Shown: positions 20,505 to 27,821 of the stretch, one piece after another | Layout of the letters: every line of letters begins with the position of its first letter | Numbering within the stretch: position 1 is the stretch's first letter | NCBI GenBank assembly: GCA_031370645.1 | Contig: JANMQV010000009.1 | Coordinates: 25,675 to 89,674 of the forward strand | Reading direction: 5' to 3' | Length of the DNA stretch: 64,000 nt | Source of the DNA: Candidatus Eiseniibacteriota bacterium | GTDB taxonomy: Bacteria; Eisenbacteria; RBG-16-71-46; SZUA-252 | Position numbers and translations under genes: made by a program | The notes under the pieces: generated by a model | What the model was told of the DNA's origin: nothing | The model's input: only the letters and a program-made list of their open reading frames with translations | Databases searched by the model: none

Positions 20505-21459
20505 ACGTTCTCCTGGAGGTTGCTTCGGGGTTGCGAGGGCGGCGGCATTCGCCGCCCTCCTTCTCCCGGGATCGGCCGCGGCCGATTCAATCACGCTCTC
20601 GTGGACCGCGCCGGGCGACGACGGCAACACGGGCCGGGCGACCTCCTATGAGCTTCGCTACTCGGATCAGGCGATTGCGGGGCAGGACACGGTCTCGTGG
20701 TGGAACTCCGCCTCCGTGGCCGGCGCGCTTCCTTCGCCTCAGTCGGCGGGGGCTCGCGAGTCGTTCACGTTGCCGGGGCTGACGACCGGACTCACGTATT
20801 ACTTCGTCCTCCGCACGTCGGATGAAGTGCCGAACGTCTCCGGATTCTCGAACGCGCGCATGCGCCAGGTCGGAGCGGTCGCGCTCGCGACGCCGACCGG
20901 CTTCACCGCGCAGGCGGCGACGGGCGGAGTCCTGCTGTCGTGGCAAGAGCCGGCGTCGGGCGCGGGGGAGGGGTACCATCTCTATCGTCGCGAAGGCGCG
21001 AGCGGCGCGGACACGCTGCTTCGGACCTCACCGCTCGGCACGACGCGATGGACCGACCCGTCCGCCAAGGCGGGCACGGACTATGAATATCGGATCGCAA
21101 CCTATCTCGGCGCCGTGGAAGGCACGCCCGCCGTCGCGACCATCAACGTCCCGGCCGTCGCCATCGCCGAAGGCGTGACCGTGATCGAGGGCTATCCTAA
21201 TCCCGCTCACGGCAGCGTGACGTTTCGATTCCGCGCCGAGACGAGGGATGGATCACCAGGACACGCGCGAATCGTCGTCTTCGACATGGGCGGCCACCGA
21301 ATCGCTCAACTCCTCGATGGAGAGGTACCGTCCGGCGAGCAATCGATCCAGTGGCTCTGCCGCTCCGACCAGGGAAGCCCGGTGTCCCCGGGCCTCTACA
21401 ACGCCATCCTCGACGGACCCGAGGGGCGTTCCGTGATGCGCGTGGCTGTCGTTCCCTGA
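20494..21459 (+). CDS. Secreted two-Fn3 protein with FlgD/T9SS-like C-terminal domain
   Basis: Signal peptide; LSWTAPGDDG..YYFVLRTSDEVPN; GYPNP..VFDMGG..W..G..VSPGLY. Confidence 0.8.
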   Translation: MIPKRSPGGCFGVARAAAFAALLLPGSAAADSITLSWTAPGDDGNTGRATSYELRYSDQAIAGQDTVSWWNSASVAGALPSPQSAGARESFTLPGLTTGLTYYFVLRTSDEVPNVSGFSNARMRQVGAVALATPTGFTAQAATGGVLLSWQEPASGAGEGYHLYRREGASGADTLLRTSPLGTTRWTDPSAKAGTDYEYRIATYLGAVEGTPAVATINVPAVAIAEGVTVIEGYPNPAHGSVTFRFRAETRDGSPGHARIVVFDMGGHRIAQLLDGEVPSGEQSIQWLCRSDQGSPVSPGLYNAILDGPEGRSVMRVAVVP

Positions 21460-21568
21460 TCGAGCAATCCCCGCTTTCCGCCTTCCCGCACCCCCCCTAC
21501 AATGGCCAGGCGCGCGGCAACCCGCCGCGACTTCGCGTGGCGGATCGTAGACGGCGTCGAGGGGAACG

Positions 21569-22501
21569 GTGAAGGGGACGGAATCGAACTCGAAACGCTC
21601 CGCGGAGCCTCTCTTCGCGATGAGCGTCGACGTCGAGGAGCACTTCCAAGTTCAGGCGTTCGCGAAACTCGTCCCGCGAGAGTCGTGGCCGCTTCACCCG
21701 TCCCGTGTCGAGCAGAACACCCGCCTCTTGCTCGACCTCTTCGACGAATCCGGGACCAAGGCCACGTTCTTCACGCTCGGCTGCGTGGCGCGGGAACACC
21801 CGAGCCTCGTTCGCGAAATCGTGGTTCGCGGTCACGAGATGGCTTCGCACGGCATGGATCATCGAATGTTGACCGAACTCACCCCCGACGAATTCCGAAT
21901 TCAAGCACGCGATTCGCGCGCCCTCCTCGAAGATCTCACGGGGAAGCGGGTCCTCGGATTTCGAGCGCCCTCCTATAGCATCGGACGCTCGACGCTCTGG
22001 GCCATCGATTTGCTCGCGGAGACGGGGTACGAATATGATTCGAGCGTCTATCCGATCCGCCGGCGGCGGTACGGATATCCGGAGGGCCCGGTGGCGCCCG
22101 CGATGATTCGTGGGCCGGGCGGCGCGTCGCTCGCGGAATTTCCATTACCGACACTCGCGGTCGGTCCGTTGCGGATTCCCGTACTCGCCGGCGCATTCCT
22201 GCGCCTCCTTCCACTTCATCTCTCGCGTCTCGCGCTCGAGCTTCATCGCTCCGGTGCCCGCGCGCTCATCGTGAACGTTCACCCTTGGGAACTCGATCCC
22301 ACGCAACCGACCCTCGGTCCGTCACGCCGCGCGACCTGGACGCACTACGCGCGACTCGGCCGCGTGGAGGGAATTCTCCGCGCGCTACTTTCGCGCGCGA
22401 CATTTCGGACCGCGGCGACTCGACTGGGGCAACTCGGACTCTTGCCTGGCTCGAGGGGCTTGAACGAGATTCCGAGTGCCGACGTCAAATCGGGGGACTA
22501 G
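21569..22501 (+). CDS. Polysaccharide deacetylase, XrtA/PEP-CTERM system type (DUF3473-like)
   Basis: MSVDVEEHFQV, ATFFTLG, GHEMASHG, GFRAPSYSI, YDSSVYP, HPWELDP. Confidence 0.9.
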   Translation: MKGTESNSKRSAEPLFAMSVDVEEHFQVQAFAKLVPRESWPLHPSRVEQNTRLLLDLFDESGTKATFFTLGCVAREHPSLVREIVVRGHEMASHGMDHRMLTELTPDEFRIQARDSRALLEDLTGKRVLGFRAPSYSIGRSTLWAIDLLAETGYEYDSSVYPIRRRRYGYPEGPVAPAMIRGPGGASLAEFPLPTLAVGPLRIPVLAGAFLRLLPLHLSRLALELHRSGARALIVNVHPWELDPTQPTLGPSRRATWTHYARLGRVEGILRALLSRATFRTAATRLGQLGLLPGSRGLNEIPSADVKSGD

Positions 22502-22572
22502 CGTAGCAACTATCTGGCATGCAATGGGTTACGAGGGTCTAAAAATTCTTCACTTTCTACCCGAAAAGTTGG

Positions 22573-22601
22573 TTGACACTTTGTGCGGGGAAGAGTAGAT
22601 T
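22573..22601 (+). promoter_or_regulatory. Near-consensus sigma70 promoter of PEP-CTERM gene
   Basis: TTGACA-N17-TAGATT with AT-rich upstream DNA. Confidence 0.8.
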
Positions 22602-22768
22602 TATCAGTGCGCGAGGGAGTGCCGACGATTGTCGCCTAAAGATTTACGGTGACAAAGTGAGCGGCCACAGCGTACGATTCTCAGCACTTGAAGAAGCGCT
22701 GCGAACGTTTCCGTATTCGGATCGTAGTGAACGAGCGCCCCTAGCATCCACGGGAGAGGTAAACCGAC

Positions 22769-23497
22769 TTGAAGCAAAGCCGACTTTGGATCCCTGCTCT
22801 GATCATCGCCGTCATGGCGGTGAATGCTCCCGCGGCCTTTGCTATTCCCGCCCTGCAGCTTTATTGCCCGGACGCCACGTACGACCAGCTGAACGAAACG
22901 TGGGTGATCTCCGATAACACCTTCGAGCTCCAGGTCATCGGCGCCGTCGGGAGTTATGGATCGATCTACGACGTGACGCTCGCGGCCTCGTTCTACGGCA
23001 CCGGCGGCAACATGAGTATTCTCCCTGGACTCGCGGTCGACGCAGACTACGCCGACAAGCCGGGCTTCAAGGCAGGGGTCTCCAATCACGCCGAGTTCAA
23101 GAACGCGAACAGCCACGCGTTCTACGACATCGGCGACTTCACGAAGACGACCGACACGATTTACGATTACACTGGCGGACCGCTCGGTTCGGCGAAGCAG
23201 GGCGAGATCAAGTCGTACATGATCCACATCACTGGTTACGACGCGGTCCACTTCGACGCCTTCGACCACTACTACACGCAGCAGGGTCGGACGGCGACGT
23301 ACAAGCTCCACGGAGTCTTCGCCCCGTTCTCCCACGATGCGACGGGTGGCGGTGGTGAAGGTGGCAGCGGTGGAGGTGGCGGTAGCGGTGGTGGTGGCGG
23401 GAACGGCGGTGGCGGTGGCTCCACGGTTCCTGAGCCCGCGTCGCTGCTTCTTCTGGCTCCGGGTCTCGCGGGACTGCTGATCCGCCGCAAGAAGTAA
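22769..23497 (+). CDS. PEP-CTERM sorting-signal surface protein (resembles choice-of-anchor N family)
   Basis: Signal peptide; IPALQLY..YD..ETWV..HFDAF..FAPFSHDA; Gly-rich linker; VPEPASLLLLAPGLAGLLIRRKK. Family name is from memory and unverified. Confidence 0.88.
   Translation: MKQSRLWIPALIIAVMAVNAPAAFAIPALQLYCPDATYDQLNETWVISDNTFELQVIGAVGSYGSIYDVTLAASFYGTGGNMSILPGLAVDADYADKPGFKAGVSNHAEFKNANSHAFYDIGDFTKTTDTIYDYTGGPLGSAKQGEIKSYMIHITGYDAVHFDAFDHYYTQQGRTATYKLHGVFAPFSHDATGGGGEGGSGGGGGSGGGGGNGGGGGSTVPEPASLLLLAPGLAGLLIRRKK
23344..23419 (+). repeat. GGY-codon low-complexity repeat encoding poly-Gly linker
   Basis: ggtggcggtggtgaaggtggcagcggtggaggtggcggtagcggt... Confidence 0.8.
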
Positions 23498-23532
23498 TAG
23501 CAGTACCGAACATCAACGACGCGACACAACGA

Positions 23533-23570
23533 AGCCGGATCGACTCTCCAGTCGGTCCGGCTCTTCTATT
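23533..23570 (+). terminator. Intrinsic terminator after PEP-CTERM gene
   Basis: agccggatcgact-ctcc-agtcggtccggct hairpin then cttctatt. Confidence 0.7.
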
Positions 23571-23597
23571 GCGCGGTGAAGGGAACCCGCCGCGTCC

Positions 23598-23627
23598 TTG
23601 ACACGTCCTTCGGGCACCGCCTATAGT
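23598..23627 (+). promoter_or_regulatory. sigma70 promoter, near-leaderless
   Basis: TTGACA-N18-TATAGT-N8-ATG. Confidence 0.75.
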
Positions 23628-23635
23628 GCGCGGCG

Positions 23636-24727
23636 ATGGCCAAGCCTTCGATCCTTCCTCTGCTAATTCTCACCACGCTACTCGTCCCCACGTTTGCATC
23701 CGCGCAGGCGGCGGCCTCTGACGTTCCAGTTGCGCCGCAGGCGCCCCGCGAACTTCTCACGATTCTAGCCGAGCCGGCCCAGACACGCCTCCGCCTCGAC
23801 TCGAAGAGCGGCGAGATTCACGGCCTGGCCCCGCTCGACGTCGCCGCGACCTTTGAGGGGCCGTTCCGCGTCACCCTCGAAGGACCACGCGTGGCGCGCA
23901 CTCGTGGATCGATCGTCATTCCGGGTCACGGCGGAAGGGTATCTCTGCTCTCCGAGCCGCGTCAGCCTAGCTTGGAGCTTCTGGTGCGGTCGCTCAACTT
24001 CCCGGGCGTCGCCAATATCACGACTGGCCGGACGGGGCGCGGAATCGTCCTCGGCGTGGCGGCCATCGGCGGCCTGTTCGCTACGACTCGCGCTCACATG
24101 ATGTATCGCGATCGACTCGGGGAGTTCGGCGACTATGCGGCCGACCGTGCCCGCGACGAGCGCCTCTCTCGGAATTCCTGGGCGCGCTACAGCGCCGCGA
24201 CATGGGGGGTGAGCGCGGTCGACTACTGGCTCCGCCCGCGCCTCGCGATCGAAGAGGTCGCGAACCAACGCCTCGTCCTTTCCGCCCCGGCCGTCACGCG
24301 AACCTCCATCGTCTGGCGGTCGCTTCTGATCCCGGGCGCCGGGCAGGAATTCGCGAACCACAGCGGCCGCGGCGCGCTTTGGCTTGGAGCCACGTTGGCC
24401 GCCGGCGCGGGGCTCGTGGTGGCCGACGGCATGGTGGAGCGTGATCAGACTCGGGTCGATTGGGCGGAAATGCAGATCGACAGCGCGGGCCCGACGGAGC
24501 GTGTCGAGCGCGTGCGTGACTGGGAACGCCGGAAGCGCGATCTCCAATCCTCCGAAGACCTGCGACGCGGATTTCGCTACGGCCTGATCGGCTCCTATCT
24601 CGCGAACGTCGTCGATGCGATCTTCGTCCCCATGGGACGTCCCGCTCCGGTAGGGAAGGCGCGGCTCTCCACCTCGGCGATCATCCGACCGGATGGTCCC
24701 GAGCTCGTAACGACTCTCCACTTCTAG
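23636..24727 (+). CDS. Hypothetical exported/membrane protein with internal duplication
   Basis: Signal peptide; two copies RSLNFPGVANITTGRTGRG / RSLLIPGAGQEFANHSGRG, each followed by hydrophobic helices. Confidence 0.65.
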   Translation: MAKPSILPLLILTTLLVPTFASAQAAASDVPVAPQAPRELLTILAEPAQTRLRLDSKSGEIHGLAPLDVAATFEGPFRVTLEGPRVARTRGSIVIPGHGGRVSLLSEPRQPSLELLVRSLNFPGVANITTGRTGRGIVLGVAAIGGLFATTRAHMMYRDRLGEFGDYAADRARDERLSRNSWARYSAATWGVSAVDYWLRPRLAIEEVANQRLVLSAPAVTRTSIVWRSLLIPGAGQEFANHSGRGALWLGATLAAGAGLVVADGMVERDQTRVDWAEMQIDSAGPTERVERVRDWERRKRDLQSSEDLRRGFRYGLIGSYLANVVDAIFVPMGRPAPVGKARLSTSAIIRPDGPELVTTLHF

Positions 24728-24959
24728 GCAGCCCTCCTTACGGCGGCGCGCACGCGCCTGCATCGCGCACCCTCCCGGCGCGTTCGAGCCAATCTCTCTC
24801 CTTCTTCGAACCCTCATCGCGAGACGCCTCACTGTGCAATATGCGGCATCCGTACCGATCCGTGCGTGGCTGGTTCGACGCGCCGCCATGCGCGCGATGC
24901 ACCCCCTTGCGCCGCAACGAAGTCGAGGCTCGCGGAGCGCCGCAGCGCCGCTTTTCCCG

Positions 24960-24975
24960 TGGCACGCTAACTGCT
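24960..24975 (+). promoter_or_regulatory. sigma54 -24/-12 promoter for PorV-like gene
   Basis: TGGCACGCTAACTGCT. Confidence 0.7.
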
Positions 24976-25068
24976 TTAACGGGAAGTGGGTCTGCTGTGT
25001 CGCACCGCGCCAGGGGGTCGAAGGCCGGCGACCAGGCTATGGGGGATTCTTCAGACGGGAGATTTCTT

Positions 25069-26652
25069 ATGACTTGGTCCACTCCGGGTCGAACGACGCC
25101 GAAGCACGCGATGCTCCGACTCGCTCCTCTCGCTGTTCTGATGGCCACACTCCTGTACCCGGGGGTACGTGGCACCGCATCCGCCGCGCTCGTCGGCGGG
25201 TCGTCGGCGGACTTCCTTCAGTTCGAGGTCGGCGGTCGATCGGCGGGCATGGGCGGCGCCCAAACGGGCGTCGCGACGGGCGTGACGGCTCAGTTCTGGA
25301 ACCCCGCACTCTTGGCGACGCTTCAGAATCCGGAGGTCGGTGCGCTGCACGCCTCGTGGCTACAGGACCTGAGCTACGAGTGGGTCGGCTATGCGCGCCC
25401 CCTCGGATCGAGCCTCGGCGTTGGATCGGTCTCGGCGGCGTACTTCCATATGCCGAGCATCCAGGGCGTCGATGAGTTCAACAACCCGACCGGCACCTTC
25501 CGCGTCTACGACCTCGCGATCACGGCCGGACTCTCGCGGCCCGTCGCGCGCGGCGTGAACGTCGGCGCCAATCTCAAGATGATCCGGCAGAATCTCGCGA
25601 CCGTTTCAGCGACGGGCGTGGCCGCCGATTTCGGCGTCGCGGCGGCCGTGCTCGGCGGCACGGTCGGCCTCGCGGTCCAGAATGTGGGACCGAACATGGC
25701 GTACAGCGATGCCGCCTCCTACCCGCTACCGCAGCAGATCCGCTTCGGCGTGAGCCGCGGCTTTCTTCAAGAGCGCCTTCTTGTCGCGGCCGACTACAAC
25801 TCGCCCCGCAACTATTTTAACGACGTCCGACTCGGCACCGAGTTCAAGGCGCACCGGAACATCTCCATTCGTCTCGGTTATCGCTATGAACTCGGAAGCT
25901 CGAACGACCCGGTCACCGGGCTCTCGTACGGACTCGGCCTTCACTTCGGCCCGGCATCGCTCGATTACGCGATGACTCCGAGCAACGACTTCGACAACGT
26001 GCAGCGCTTCGCGTTCGGATACAGTTTCGGCGGCGGCGCCGAGGAGACGCCGGCGAAGCCGCAGGCGCCGAAGAAGCAGAAGCCGCTGCCGCCGGCGCCG
26101 CCGAAGAACCCGACCACGGTCGCCGCCGCGCCGAACGCGAAGAAGAATCCGAAGCCGGTCGCACCCGTGAGCATCCTTTCGGACACGAAGACGGTTGCCT
26201 CCGCGCCCGTGGCCCCGGTCGTGTCGCCTGATGTCCGCTCCGCGACGGAGACTGCCGCGCCGAAGTCGAACAACACTCCGACCGAGTCGGCGCCGAGCCC
26301 CGCTCCCGTCGTGATCGCGACGGCTCCGGAGAAGGCGCCCGAAACAATCGTGGAGAAGGCCGCTGAGAAGGCTCCGGAGAAGAGTGCCCCGAAGGAATCG
26401 AAGCCCGTGAAGGTCGTCCTCGAGCACCTCGTGTTGCTCCTCGGCTATAGCTCGATGGAAAGTGCTCAGTCCGAGATGAAGGCGCTCCAGCTACTCGGAT
26501 TCAGGACGAAGGACGCGTCGATAGTGGCCGACCCGAAGGGGGGCTACGCCATTCGCCTCGCGCAGATGAAGTCGAAGGACAGCGCGGAGGGAATGGTTTC
26601 GGATCTCGCTCGGATGTCGTTTCGGGCCGTGGTACAGACCGTCCAGCGCTAG
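25069..26652 (+). CDS. PorV/PorQ-family outer-membrane beta-barrel fused via Pro/Ala/Lys linker to SPOR-like domain
   Basis: ADFLQFEVGGRSAGMGGA..FWNPALLA, alternating barrel strands ending FAFGYSF; C-terminal LLGYSSMESA..YAIRLAQMKSKDSAEGM. Confidence 0.75.
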   Translation: MTWSTPGRTTPKHAMLRLAPLAVLMATLLYPGVRGTASAALVGGSSADFLQFEVGGRSAGMGGAQTGVATGVTAQFWNPALLATLQNPEVGALHASWLQDLSYEWVGYARPLGSSLGVGSVSAAYFHMPSIQGVDEFNNPTGTFRVYDLAITAGLSRPVARGVNVGANLKMIRQNLATVSATGVAADFGVAAAVLGGTVGLAVQNVGPNMAYSDAASYPLPQQIRFGVSRGFLQERLLVAADYNSPRNYFNDVRLGTEFKAHRNISIRLGYRYELGSSNDPVTGLSYGLGLHFGPASLDYAMTPSNDFDNVQRFAFGYSFGGGAEETPAKPQAPKKQKPLPPAPPKNPTTVAAAPNAKKNPKPVAPVSILSDTKTVASAPVAPVVSPDVRSATETAAPKSNNTPTESAPSPAPVVIATAPEKAPETIVEKAAEKAPEKSAPKESKPVKVVLEHLVLLLGYSSMESAQSEMKALQLLGFRTKDASIVADPKGGYAIRLAQMKSKDSAEGMVSDLARMSFRAVVQTVQR

Positions 26653-26714
26653 CCCCGGGCCTCCACGGCCCGCCGCCGCCAACCGGCTGCGACAGAATAG
26701 CTTGTCGCTGGCCG

Positions 26715-26743
26715 TTGACCCCGCGACCAAGGGAGCGTATACT
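26715..26743 (+). promoter_or_regulatory. sigma70 promoter upstream of sugar transferase
   Basis: TTGACC-N17-TATACT. Confidence 0.75.
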
Positions 26744-26929
26744 TAGGGATACGTGGGGGCATAACGGGGCACCGTGGTATACGTGCGCCCCTTCCGCCTT
26801 TGCTCCCGCCACGGTGGTTCATGGTGCCGGTGCCCATGGATGCCGCGCCCAGAGGGCGCCGCTCGTAGCATTCCTCGCGAGTGGATCATTCCGCCCGGCG
26901 CAGCTTCGAGCCAACGACGGTGGCCATTG

Positions 26930-27703
26930 ATGATTCTCCCATCAGGATATATCGGCCCCAAGGCAACCGCGGACACAAGCGTACGCCGCGACGCTCCCAT
27001 CAAGCGAGCCGTCGACGTCGCCCTCTCCATCATCGGCCTCATCGTCATGCTGCCCGTCTTTGCCGTCATCGCCATCGCCATCAAACTCGACAGCCACGGG
27101 CCGATCATCTACGCCCAAGAGCGGATCGGGCTGAATCGCCGCCGCGGCGCCTCGCGTCACGGGGGTTCGGGGACTGGCAACGGCAATGGCCACGAGAAAC
27201 ATGAAAACGGCAACGGCGCGACCATTCTGACGCTGACTCCGGAACGCCGTCGTCGCGACACGTACGGCCGTCCATTCAAGATCTACAAGTTCCGAAGCAT
27301 GGTGACCGACGCCGAGAAGAACACCGGCCCCGTCTGGGCGGCGAAGAGCGATTCGCGCATCACGCGGGTCGGCAACATTCTCCGAAAGACGAGGCTCGAC
27401 GAGTTCCCGCAGCTCTGGAACGTCCTCCGTGGCGACATGAGCATCGTGGGCCCGCGCCCCGAGCGCCCGACGTTCGTGGTCGAGCTGACGCAGTCGCTTC
27501 CGGACTATCCGCAGCGCTGCAACACGCTCCCGGGCATCACCGGACTCGCGCAGGTGAAGTGGCAGTACGACACTTCCATCGAGACCGTGAATCGCAAATT
27601 GGAATACGATCTCTACTATGTGCGCCATCGCCGCCTGCTACTCGATCTGAAGATCATGGCCGCCACGGTGAAGGTGATGGCCCGGGGAGAGGGCGCGCAC
27701 TAG
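26930..27703 (+). CDS. Priming phosphoglycosyl transferase (bacterial sugar transferase, WbaP/PglC-type catalytic domain)
   Basis: [53 protein letters not shown]. Confidence 0.93.
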   Translation: MILPSGYIGPKATADTSVRRDAPIKRAVDVALSIIGLIVMLPVFAVIAIAIKLDSHGPIIYAQERIGLNRRRGASRHGGSGTGNGNGHEKHENGNGATILTLTPERRRRDTYGRPFKIYKFRSMVTDAEKNTGPVWAAKSDSRITRVGNILRKTRLDEFPQLWNVLRGDMSIVGPRPERPTFVVELTQSLPDYPQRCNTLPGITGLAQVKWQYDTSIETVNRKLEYDLYYVRHRRLLLDLKIMAATVKVMARGEGAH

Positions 27704-27732
27704 TTCGCTTCTCGTCATCGATCGCGATTCGA

Positions 27733-27763
27733 AAGGCCGGCCACGCGCCGGCCTTCTTCATTT
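27733..27763 (+). terminator. Intrinsic terminator
   Basis: aaggccggc-cacgc-gccggcctt then cttcattt. Confidence 0.65.
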
Positions 27764-27821
27764 CGGGCCTTTTCCTTGACCCCCGTCGCGCCACGATGCT
27801 AGCGTGCGGCCCGAGACGCGG

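Noticed and set aside
22515-22530. TGGCATGCAATGGGTT as sigma54 promoter of the PEP-CTERM gene
   Set aside because: No GC at -12; a much better sigma70 promoter lies downstream
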